A stretch of DNA of 64,000 nucleotides from an uncultured cyanobacterium. Its GTDB lineage: Bacteria > Cyanobacteriota > Cyanobacteriia > Cyanobacteriales > Nostocaceae. This document shows, piece after piece, positions 1-8,344 of this stretch; position 1 is the first letter of the stretch; every line of letters begins with the position of its first letter. The stretch covers positions 352,001 through 416,000 of the forward strand of contig CAVUDP010000001.1 in assembly GCA_963740315.1 (NCBI GenBank). The letters are read 5' to 3'. The notes under the pieces are model-generated. The model was not told where the DNA came from and did not search any database. It saw only the letters and a list, made by a program, of their open reading frames with translations. The position numbers and the translations under genes are program-made.

Positions 1-1
1 A

Positions 2-286
2 ATACTATTTGGCAGAGTTATCGATATTAATGACGTAATAACATTTAAAGCGAAAACGATTGAAGAAGCGCGTCAAGAGTTTCATAATTCAGTTGATGAT
101 TATCTTGCTTATTGTGAAGATTTAGGTGAAAAACCCGATAAACCTTTTTCTGGAAAACTTCCTTTTCGTACAACTCCAGAAAATCACCGTAAAATTTTTA
201 TTGCAGCGAAAAAATCTGGTAAGAGTATTAATGCTTGGATGGATGAAGTATTAGCTAATGCCGCTGAAAAGTTTATTAATGCTTAA
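2..286 (+). CDS. HicB-family antitoxin, 5'-partial (runs off window start); near-identical paralogue of 1764..2102
   Basis: Frame from position 2 reads ILFGRVIDINDVITFKAKTIEEARQEFHNSVDDYLAYCEDLGEKPDKPFSGKLPFRTTPENHRKIFIAAKKSGKSINAWMDEVLANAAEKFINA*, with TAA at 284-286. Not in the ORF track. Confidence 0.85.
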   Translation: MLFGRVIDINDVITFKAKTIEEARQEFHNSVDDYLAYCEDLGEKPDKPFSGKLPFRTTPENHRKIFIAAKKSGKSINAWMDEVLANAAEKFINA

Positions 287-364
287 TTGTAGGATGCTGT
301 GACGGTTAAAAGCCATTGCGTCATAATAAAAAGTACTTCTATCCTTATTCATAATCAAAAAATC

Positions 365-631
365 ATGAATATTCAACTCAAACCCGAAGATGAGCAATTT
401 ATTCAAGCGCAAATTGCTAGAGGTACATATGAAAATCCAGAAGAAGTTATTAGTAAAGCACTAAAACTACTAGAAGAGTGTGATAAAGACTATCAAAAAT
501 GGGTTGAAGAAACTCGTGAAAAAGTAGAAGTCGCTGTTGAGCAATTAGACAGAGGTGAAGGTATTGATGGGGAAGTTGTAGTTGAGCGACTGCGAGAGAA
601 GCTACGTAAAGCGAGAGATAATCAATCATGA
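365..631 (+). CDS. ParD-like (CC2985-type RHH) antitoxin
   Basis: MNIQLKPEDEQFIQAQIARGTYENPEEVISKALKLL pattern; overlaps the downstream ParE gene by 4 nt (ATGA). ATG 365 preferred over GTG 299. Confidence 0.8.
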   Translation: MNIQLKPEDEQFIQAQIARGTYENPEEVISKALKLLEECDKDYQKWVEETREKVEVAVEQLDRGEGIDGEVVVERLREKLRKARDNQS

Positions 632-915
632 AACAACATACTATCTCCCCAGAGGCAAATAAGGATTTAGAAGAAATTATTGATTATTTTGCTACTCATA
701 ATATAGAGGCTGGGGAGCGTTTTATTGATGAGTTTAATAAAAAATGTAGATATCTTGCAAATTTTCCTAATATGGGACGTAGTTATTCAGATATTAAAGA
801 TTATCTACGGGGTGTATCTCTAAATGGTTACATTATTTTTTACCGAGTTACGGATATTGGAATTGAAATTTTACGTGTAGTTAGTGGTTATAGAGATTAT
901 CCGTCTTTATTTTAA
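628..915 (+). CDS. ParE/RelE family toxin
   Basis: ISPEANKDLEEIIDY...LANFPNMGR...YIIFYRV...IEILRVVSGYRD, typical of ParE. Confidence 0.85.
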   Translation: MKQHTISPEANKDLEEIIDYFATHNIEAGERFIDEFNKKCRYLANFPNMGRSYSDIKDYLRGVSLNGYIIFYRVTDIGIEILRVVSGYRDYPSLF

Positions 916-946
916 GGAGTTATTAACATAGGAGAAGCAGAACAAA

Positions 947-1159
947 ATGAAACTCCGCTACAAAATAATCTTCTACTACAGTCAAGAAGACGAAGCATTT
1001 ATTGCAGAAGTACCAGAATTACCCGGTTGTACTGCTGATGGTGAAACTTATCAAGAAGCGTTGAAAAATGTAGAAGTTATTATGCAAGAGTGGATTGAAA
1101 CTGCTGAAGATAATGAACGTACTATTCCTCAACCAAAGCGGGGTTTGATGTCGGCTTGA
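947..1159 (+). CDS. HicB-family antitoxin (short, N-terminal domain only)
   Basis: EDEAFIAEVPELPGCTADGETYQEALKNVEVIMQEWIE motif. Confidence 0.85.
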   Translation: MKLRYKIIFYYSQEDEAFIAEVPELPGCTADGETYQEALKNVEVIMQEWIETAEDNERTIPQPKRGLMSA

Positions 1160-1176
1160 TACGATTTTTAATACAT

Positions 1177-1338
1177 TTATTCATTTAAACTCGCAACTTC
1201 CAACCAACCTTCGATAGCATCTTCGAGCATTTCTAACAAATGGTTGTAACTATTACCCCAAGTGTGACACCCAGGTAAAGCTGGTACAGAAGCGCACCAT
1301 ACATCATCTTCTTGCCAGATTACCGCTTTAATTTTCAT
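1177..1338 (-). CDS. Short HicB-family antitoxin (53 aa), below the ORF-track cutoff
   Basis: Hand translation MKIKAVIWQEDDVWCASVPALPGCHTWGNSYNHLLEMLEDAIEGWLEVASLNE*. Confidence 0.75.
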   Translation of the reverse strand: MKIKAVIWQEDDVWCASVPALPGCHTWGNSYNHLLEMLEDAIEGWLEVASLNE

Positions 1339-1507
1339 TGTCTAAAAAATCGTTAATTTCTTGTTTTTCCCTCTCTCTAAAATCCTGAATATTCTTTAAA
1401 GTGCTTTCCCAAAATTCTCCTTTAAACTTACCAGCAAGCTTTGCCAAAGGATGTCCGGGAATTGGAATATTCTGATTATTTTTTATCGATGACTTGTTAG
1501 TTGTCAT
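1328..1507 (-). CDS. Small hypothetical protein, antitoxin-like (HPxxKxAG motif)
   Basis: MTTNKSS...GHPLAKLAGKFKGEFWESTLKNIQDFRE resembles the C-terminus of 58403..58756. ATG 1507 preferred because the upstream extension runs through a repeat element. Confidence 0.55.
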   Translation of the reverse strand: MTTNKSSIKNNQNIPIPGHPLAKLAGKFKGEFWESTLKNIQDFREREKQEINDFLDNEN

Positions 1508-1545
1508 GAGAGTTGCAATTATTAAGTATTCACTATTAGCGGTGC

Positions 1546-1709
1546 GCGATCGCTTAATCTGTAACCAACCGCTACACCAAAACAATCTTAGCCCGTGCAG
1601 ACGGGCTTTGTTCCTGTAGCCCCAGGTTTCTAACCTGCGGGCGTTTTTATTGATTACCAGAAGTGCAAGATTTGGCAAACCTCACCAATGCGATCGCTTA
1701 ATCTGTAAC
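1546..1709. repeat. 20-bp HIP1-containing direct repeats flanking a small two-hairpin element
   Basis: GCGATCGCTTAATCTGTAAC at 1546-1565 and 1690-1709. Between them lie AGCCCGTgcagACGGGCT and CAGGTTtctAACCTG hairpins. Confidence 0.75.
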
Positions 1710-1719
1710 GCACTTCTAT

Positions 1720-1740
1720 TGATATCGTCACATGATATCA
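1720..1740. promoter_or_regulatory. Inverted-repeat operator upstream of hicB
   Basis: TGATATC-N7-GATATCA, 23 nt before the hicB ATG. Confidence 0.55.
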
Positions 1741-1763
1741 TCTGAAAAAGCATAAATCGAACC

Positions 1764-2102
1764 ATGATGACTTACAAAGGCTATACAGCAATCATTGAAG
1801 TAGATACAGAAGCATCGATTTTATTTGGCAGAGTTATCGATATTAATGACGTAATAACTTTTAAAGCGAAAACTGTTGAAGAAGCGCGTCAAGAGTTCCA
1901 TAATTCAGTTAATGATTATCTTGCTTATTGCGAAGATGTAGGTGAAGAACCCGAAAAACCTTTTTCTGGTAAACTTCCTTTCCGCACAACTCCAGAAAAT
2001 CACCGTAAGATTTTTATTGCAGCGAAAAAATCCGGTAAAAGTATTAATGCTTGGATGGATGAAGTATTAGCGAATGCTGCTGAAAAGTTTATTAATGCTT
2101 AG
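1764..2102 (+). CDS. HicB-family antitoxin with C-terminal RHH
   Basis: MTYKGYTA...GRVIDINDVITF...F..SV.DYL..C...GEEPEKPFSGK..FR..PE.HR. Confidence 0.9.
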   Translation: MMTYKGYTAIIEVDTEASILFGRVIDINDVITFKAKTVEEARQEFHNSVNDYLAYCEDVGEEPEKPFSGKLPFRTTPENHRKIFIAAKKSGKSINAWMDEVLANAAEKFINA

Positions 2103-2228
2103 GATTAGGTTGGGTTGGACACCGTAAAGCCAACCTACAATCTAAAAGCCATTAATCAAAAAAATTCAGCAATTCTATCTGGTTATGATACCCTATCTGC
2201 AATTAGTTATTATATCTAAGTATTCAAA

Positions 2229-3308
2229 ATGACAAAATTGCGAGTAGGCTTACTTTTTGGTGGTCGTTCTGGAGAACATGAAGTTTCTATTGTTTCTGCC
2301 ATTGCGATCGCAGGAGCTTTAAGCGCGGAGGAAAACGCCAATAAGTACGAAGTATTGCCTTTTTATATTAAAAAAGATGGTAGTTGGCAAGGTTCCGATG
2401 TCGCACGTCAGGTTTTATCTTCCGGAGTTGCATTGTCTTGTGATTCTAAGTCTAATCTTTGGCAATTTCCAGCAGAAGCGGAAACAGTAGATGTGTGGTT
2501 TCCCATTTTGCACGGACCAAACGGTGAAGATGGTACTATTCAAGGATTGTTGAGCTTAATGCAAGTTCCTTTTGTTGGTTCTGGGGTACTTGGTTCGGCT
2601 GCGGGTATGGATAAAATTGGTATGAAATCCATATTTGCTCAAGCCGGATTGCCGCAAGTTAAGTATATGGCGCTAACTAGAGAGGAAATTTCGTCAAAGT
2701 CAAGTATTTCTCCCAAATGCGATGACATTGAGCAAACTTTGGGTTATCCTTGTTTCGTCAAACCTGCTAACTTAGGTTCGTCCGTTGGTATTGCCAAAGT
2801 GCGATCGCGCTCGGAATTAGAAGCCGCTTTGGATAGTGCGGCGAGTTATGACCGGAGAATTATTGTTGAAGCTGGAGTTATTGCTAGAGAAGTTGAATGC
2901 GCTGTTTTAGGGAATGATAGTCCCAAAGCTTCTGTCGTCGGTGAAATCACTTACGAAAGTGAATTTTATGATTACGAAACTAAATATACTGACGGTAAAG
3001 CAGATTTACTGATACCCGCACCAATCCCCGATGCCGTAATTCAGCAAATTCAAGAGAAAGCAATACAGGCATTTACTACTCTTGACTGCGCCGGATTAGC
3101 ACGAGTAGACTTCTTCTATGTTGAAGCGACAGGAGAAGTTTTAATCAATGAAATCAATACTTTACCCGGTTTTACCGCAACGAGTATGTATCCCCAACTT
3201 TGGGCTTCGAGTGGTGTTTCTTTCCCAGAATTAGTCGATAAACTTATTCAATTCGCTTTAGAAAGAAATTCCGCTCCTACTAAAAGCGAGGTGGCATTAA
3301 GCACTTAA
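2229..3308 (+). CDS. ddl: D-alanine--D-alanine ligase
   Basis: [44 protein letters not shown] motifs. Confidence 0.97.
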   Translation: MTKLRVGLLFGGRSGEHEVSIVSAIAIAGALSAEENANKYEVLPFYIKKDGSWQGSDVARQVLSSGVALSCDSKSNLWQFPAEAETVDVWFPILHGPNGEDGTIQGLLSLMQVPFVGSGVLGSAAGMDKIGMKSIFAQAGLPQVKYMALTREEISSKSSISPKCDDIEQTLGYPCFVKPANLGSSVGIAKVRSRSELEAALDSAASYDRRIIVEAGVIAREVECAVLGNDSPKASVVGEITYESEFYDYETKYTDGKADLLIPAPIPDAVIQQIQEKAIQAFTTLDCAGLARVDFFYVEATGEVLINEINTLPGFTATSMYPQLWASSGVSFPELVDKLIQFALERNSAPTKSEVALST

Positions 3309-3447
3309 ATTTTAGCAATTATTAACAAAATAAGTAGTCTAAGTTTCTTATAAACACTACTTAAATCTTCAAATTGATTACGGATACGCCAAACCCCTTT
3401 ACTCCAGTACAATCAGTATCTTGAGAAGTACAAATCTGAAAAAAGTT

Positions 3448-4137
3448 ATGGAAAGCACTCAAAGCACTCAGAGTGTACAGCAGGAGTCGCCTGAAGTGAA
3501 AGAGTCCGCACCCATTTCAGAAGGCAGTAAACCGACAAACAAAGTAAATAGCTTTAAAAATGCAACGATATATTTATTCATGCATTATCCCTGGCTATTT
3601 TTGGCTGGTTTGTTATTAATGTTTTTGGGAGGCGGTGCCTTATCGATATACAGTTTGGGTTATGTGGATGAAACGATAAAACGTAAAGATTCGGAAACAT
3701 TGCAGGCTGAGGTAGTATCGCCAAAGGTAGCTGCTGAAACTGTAGAAAACAATGAAAATCCCATACCTTTATGGATGGTAGCCGCTATAGCTCTTAGCTG
3801 TGCTAGTGGATGCTTAGTAATTTTACGACTCATTAATCGTCCAAAGCAAAAGCAAAAAATTAAAAGACGTATTGTTAATCGCGATGAAATACGTTTAGCA
3901 CAGCAGCGTTACCAAACATTGGAAGCACGTCTACCAAAGAAAAGCCCCGTTCGCGTACCTCAACGGCGCAGAACTCCTATAATGGCTATGCCTCCGCAAA
4001 AACCAAGACCAAAACCTGTTGTAACGGTTTTACCTCCGGAGCAAAGTTTTGAGCAAAATCAAAAAAATCAAGATTCTTTGGCTGATATATTGGATATTCG
4101 CAAGCAAACTTCTTTGTCTTCAATGTTACGTAAGTAG
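3448..4137 (+). CDS. Hypothetical membrane protein (two TM segments, basic Pro-rich C-terminus)
   Basis: ORF with hydrophobic segments PWLFLAGLLLMFLGGGALSIY and LWMVAAIALSCASGCLVIL. Confidence 0.75.
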   Translation: MESTQSTQSVQQESPEVKESAPISEGSKPTNKVNSFKNATIYLFMHYPWLFLAGLLLMFLGGGALSIYSLGYVDETIKRKDSETLQAEVVSPKVAAETVENNENPIPLWMVAAIALSCASGCLVILRLINRPKQKQKIKRRIVNRDEIRLAQQRYQTLEARLPKKSPVRVPQRRRTPIMAMPPQKPRPKPVVTVLPPEQSFEQNQKNQDSLADILDIRKQTSLSSMLRK

Positions 4138-4220
4138 TAATTAGTTAAATTCGACTAACATCAAAGCATCGCTTCGTTCTTAATTAGGCATTAAGGGTTA
4201 AAAATAAAAGATTCTTGTAC

Positions 4221-4256
4221 CACGCTTCCGATTTACTATCGAAATGCGTGTTTTTT
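4221..4256 (+). terminator. Probable intrinsic terminator after the ddl/hypothetical genes
   Basis: CACGC.TTCCGAT-loop-ATCGAAA.TGCGTG followed by TTTTTT. Confidence 0.5.
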
Positions 4257-4707
4257 GTATGCGGGGGGGCAGGTTGTTATATTATTTCACCCCATTCTCG
4301 ATATATATAAGAGATTTCTACCAGAATTTGATTAATAAGCTGTAGGGTGCGTTGTCGCAAAGCATAACGTACCATAATGGCTGCTATACAAATCAAAATA
4401 ATTCGATATCTATTTTGCAACCTGTCTATATGAATGGTTTTTAATCCAAAATAGATTAAGCAATTAACCGTTTTCTTGCTTGCTCTTTGAAATAATTTTT
4501 AAAACCTGCCAAAATGGCAACCTACTTGCAATTTACTCAGTTATCTTTAATCAAGATAAACGACTTCAAGGGTGTTGTTATCGGGGTGTATCACTTTAAT
4601 AAACGACTGTGATACACTTTTTACCGCTAAATTATCTATTTCTGAATGGGATATATATCCTACCAAATAAAATAGATAATTGTCAATCCAAAATATTAAA
4701 AAAATTA

Positions 4708-4875
4708 GGTTTCGTTTGCCGCATTAGGAATACCAACCGCGTACAAATGTTGCGTTGACCCAAAAACAGCCCCCAAAATCAAGGCGATGTTTGTACGTAT
4801 TCCGAAACGCTTCAGCGGCAAATGTAAGAATGGGAGTGAATGCTTGTGGTATGCATCCTCCCATTCTTATTTTTT
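4708..4875 (+). ncRNA. Candidate structured non-coding RNA with intrinsic terminator (family not recognised)
   Basis: Nested stems 4715-4722/4815-4822, 4727-4733/4797-4803 and 4740-4758/4779-4797 (three G-U pairs), then hairpin 4825-4869 plus T6. Confidence 0.5.
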
Positions 4876-4942
4876 AGGGTAATAGGTAATAGGTAATAGG
4901 TAAAAGTTAACTTTTTTCTGTTCCCTACTTCCTATTCCCTTT

Positions 4943-5878
4943 CTATAAAAAGTTTGTATTTCTTAAAAAATCAATTGTTGCTATTTTGATAGCATCTGCT
5001 GCACCGCTTGAGGCATCGTGATGGCAGTTAGGAATAATTTTAAATTGAGATGATGAAAGAAGTTGATGCAGCTTTTTTCCATGTTCAAGAGGAAACCAAC
5101 TATCTTGTTCTCCCCACATAATTAATGTAGGACATTCAATATTAATTAAATTATCCTGAATTTTACTCAACCAATTAGGTTGATTTTTTTGAGAATTATC
5201 AATTTCTCGTGCAGCAATTTGTAATTCTTGAGCAACTTTAAAAAAAGTACCGGGGAACTCAATATACGGGTAAGTTATCCAGAATACATCTTCCTTTGTC
5301 AAAATTGAAGGGTCAAATAGTACGTTACGCCTTTCTATTGCCATGATTTCTCTGATCGATGGTGCGAAAAGATAGCTTAAACGTAACTTGTCAATTACTT
5401 CGATTAATTCTAGAGGAGTTTGAGCCAGTACAGACATTCCCCAATGAGGAAGTTTTTTTGCGAATACTGGAACATTGATAACCATTAATCGAGAAACCAA
5501 TTGAGGATATTCTTCGGCAAAAGCCAGAGCAACTAAGGCTCCTAAAGATTCTGCTAAAATTGCAACTGGTCGATCGCATAATGCTGTAATAACTCGCTGC
5601 AATTCAACTACCTGATGAGCCGTAGTTTCTTCGCGATGTAAAGGTTTTTCTGAAAACCCAAACCCTTTAGCATCAAAACAAATGACTCTAAAATATTTAG
5701 ATAACGGTTCGATCAGATGTCGCCAATTATAGCTCCAGCTACCAATACCATGTAGTAAAAATAAAGGATTACCCGTACCTTTTTCACCATAAGCAATTTG
5801 TACGGGATAACCTTGACTATCAGTAATTGTTATTTTCTGTTTTCCTTGAGGAAAAGTATTTTGCCACCAGTCTTTCAT
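4943..5878 (-). CDS. Alpha/beta-fold hydrolase
   Basis: LLHGIGSW, FDAKGFGFS, AESLGA nucleophile elbow, WGEQD, C-terminal His (CHH). Confidence 0.9.
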   Translation of the reverse strand: MKDWWQNTFPQGKQKITITDSQGYPVQIAYGEKGTGNPLFLLHGIGSWSYNWRHLIEPLSKYFRVICFDAKGFGFSEKPLHREETTAHQVVELQRVITALCDRPVAILAESLGALVALAFAEEYPQLVSRLMVINVPVFAKKLPHWGMSVLAQTPLELIEVIDKLRLSYLFAPSIREIMAIERRNVLFDPSILTKEDVFWITYPYIEFPGTFFKVAQELQIAAREIDNSQKNQPNWLSKIQDNLINIECPTLIMWGEQDSWFPLEHGKKLHQLLSSSQFKIIPNCHHDASSGAADAIKIATIDFLRNTNFL

Positions 5879-5880
5879 AT

Positions 5881-5930
5881 CAGTTATCAGTTATCAGTTA
5901 CCAGTTACCAGTTACCAGTTACCAGTTATA
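5881..5930. repeat. STRR heptamer tandem repeat (CAGTTAT/CAGTTAC)n
   Basis: Seen directly in the sequence. Confidence 0.85.
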
Positions 5931-6024
5931 AATTATCAATAGGGAATTAGGCATCGGAAGATGGGGAGATGATAGTGAATTCATAGCTCCTAACAACTAA
6001 CCACTAACAACTAACCACTAACAA

Positions 6025-6531
6025 CTAACTACCAGTAATAATTCCCCAAATAAATCTTGTCACAATTACAGAAAATGTGACTAAACTAATAGCAAGTAAT
6101 AATAATACCGCTAAAAGTAAAAATACAAACCAAGTATCTGCTCTTTTCTTTTGACTGGGAAACTTCAAATGTTCTTCTAATAACTTAATATTATGCTCGT
6201 TAGATTTCCAAGCAAAATCAAAGAAATCTCCTAAAACAGGTATTATGCCAATCAAGGCATCAATAATAATATTTAAAGTCATTCTGCCTAAAGTTGCTTG
6301 AGAGGCACCCAATCGTGCGGCTTCTAAAACAATATATGCCGAAAGCAGAACACCTAAAAAATCACCGCCTGCTGGTAGCAATCCTAATATTGGATCTAAA
6401 CCTACACCGATTCCGGTTCCGGGAATAGTAATAGCTTTATCTAATATGCGACTAAAAGTACGCAAACGCTTTAAAGTTGGTGCTTTAGTATCGGGATTTA
6501 GAGAATAAAACTGAGAGGGTGGCAAAGACAT
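6025..6531 (-). CDS. DUF4112 family membrane protein
   Basis: LDKAITIPGT..GLDPILGLLP..GD...IGIIPVLGDFFDFAWKSN. Confidence 0.88.
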   Translation of the reverse strand: MSLPPSQFYSLNPDTKAPTLKRLRTFSRILDKAITIPGTGIGVGLDPILGLLPAGGDFLGVLLSAYIVLEAARLGASQATLGRMTLNIIIDALIGIIPVLGDFFDFAWKSNEHNIKLLEEHLKFPSQKKRADTWFVFLLLAVLLLLAISLVTFSVIVTRFIWGIITGS

Positions 6532-6625
6532 GGGTGGGATGACTTTTATATGATGAAATCGCTGGTTCTCTTACTGTTATAGTTGAATATTGTGCAATGT
6601 TGCAGCGGATATGTAGTTTGAAACA

Positions 6626-7519
6626 CTATTCAATTTCTTTAACCGAATTTGGAGACATACTTTCCCCTACCGTAACATTTAATTGATTGCCTATTAATAT
6701 TACAGCAGCAGTCATATAAAGCCATAACATAAGCACGATCACAGTACCAATAGCGCCATATGCTTTATTATAATTGCCGAAATTTGCTACATAAGTTCCG
6801 AATAAATTTGATACAAATGCCCAGCAAAAAGCGGAGAGTATTGCTCCGGGCATAATCGGCGTTCCTTTTTTCCAACTACTCGGACCATAACGATAAATAA
6901 AACCGAAAGTAAAAGCTACAATTACTAATGCTAAAGGGTAACGCATCAAATTCCATAGGTAGGATAGAAAATTTAAATAACCAGCAGTATTATCGGTTAC
7001 AAACTTCAAAACTTCTCCACTAATAAATACTAAAACGCAAGCTATTAGTAGAAGGATAATAGTACCAATTGTTAATCCTAAAGATACGAGTTTCGCTTTC
7101 CAAAATGGGCGTATCTTATCTGGAGGTGTTTGTTGAATTTGGTCTAAAGCAGCCATTGCGGTACTAATTGCACCGGAAGAAGTCCAAAGTGCAGCGACAA
7201 AACTTAAAGAAAACAAACCGCCATTTTTTGATTTAGCAATTTCATTTCTGGCAAATTCAGTAATTAAATCTAAAGCATCTTTAGGTGCGACTTGGCTAAG
7301 CTCTTGCGCTATTTCCTTAAATATGTTTTGCAAACCTTCTTCTAATAAACCAATTGCTGTCAAAATAGCAAGAATCGCTGGAAATAGAGATAACATCGCG
7401 TTATAAGCAATTTCGGAAGCTAACCCTAAGAGTCGCCGTTTTCCTACATTCACAACAATTTGTTTAAGAGACTTAAAACTCAGGTGACGAAAAAATCTCA
7501 AAAAGCGAGGTTTAATCAT
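6626..7519 (-). CDS. YihY/virulence factor BrkB family membrane protein
   Basis: LASEIAYNAMLSLFP, YNKAYGAIGTVIVLMLWLY...G.QLN. Confidence 0.92.
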   Translation of the reverse strand: MIKPRFLRFFRHLSFKSLKQIVVNVGKRRLLGLASEIAYNAMLSLFPAILAILTAIGLLEEGLQNIFKEIAQELSQVAPKDALDLITEFARNEIAKSKNGGLFSLSFVAALWTSSGAISTAMAALDQIQQTPPDKIRPFWKAKLVSLGLTIGTIILLLIACVLVFISGEVLKFVTDNTAGYLNFLSYLWNLMRYPLALVIVAFTFGFIYRYGPSSWKKGTPIMPGAILSAFCWAFVSNLFGTYVANFGNYNKAYGAIGTVIVLMLWLYMTAAVILIGNQLNVTVGESMSPNSVKEIE

Positions 7520-7718
7520 GGTAGGGTATCAAGTATCAATTTTCAATTATCAATTAATACAGGGCAATTACCAATTAACGCAAGGTGCTAACGGTAAAGT
7601 AAGACATCGGACAACAGATACATTTTTTCACATCCTCATCACCTCATCCCCTGATTTCTCCATCCCTTTGCTGCCAAGTATGATTAAATGTGGATGTATT
7701 GATTTTTATTAAGCAAAA

Positions 7719-8216
7719 ATGATGAAATTTTGGCAAGTACTAGCTAGCTTTGTCTTAGCTGCTGTTGTGCTTTTTTACCCTTTGTCGGCTGAAGCTGCAA
7801 GTTCTTCTAGTATTTCACGTGCGGCGGGGAATGAATTATCTGGGAAAGATTTATCCGGGCAAAGTTTGGTAGGAGAGGAATATACCACTCTAAGTTTAGA
7901 AGATACTAATTTTAGTAACGCCGATATGCGCGGTGCTGTTTTTAACGGCTCATTATTACAAAACTCAAATTTGCATGGTGTTGATTTCAGCAATGGTATA
8001 GCTTACTTAACAACCTTTACTGATGACGATTTCAGTGATGGAGTTTTTACCAATGCAATGATGTTACGTTCGATTTTTCGTAACGTTGATGTTACCGGCG
8101 CTGACTTTAGCGGTGCAATTTTAGACCGTGTAGAAGTTAAAAAACTTTGCGAAACAGCGAGTGGCGTTAATTCAAAAACCGGCGTGTCTACTCGTGCTTC
8201 TCTCGAATGTAGCTAG
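7719..8216 (+). CDS. Pentapeptide-repeat protein (lumenal type)
   Basis: Signal peptide, A(D/N)L/F repeats, C-terminal LC..ASG.N..TGVSTR.SL.C. Confidence 0.92.
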   Translation: MMKFWQVLASFVLAAVVLFYPLSAEAASSSSISRAAGNELSGKDLSGQSLVGEEYTTLSLEDTNFSNADMRGAVFNGSLLQNSNLHGVDFSNGIAYLTTFTDDDFSDGVFTNAMMLRSIFRNVDVTGADFSGAILDRVEVKKLCETASGVNSKTGVSTRASLECS

Positions 8217-8344
8217 TTGAAAGAATGGGGGGATAGGGTAGAGGGGGTAGAGGGGGTAGAGGGGGTAGAAATTCTACTTACTCAATACTCAATACTCAAT
8301 ACTCAATACTCCTCACTCCTCCCTCCTAACTGCTCGCTGGTTGT

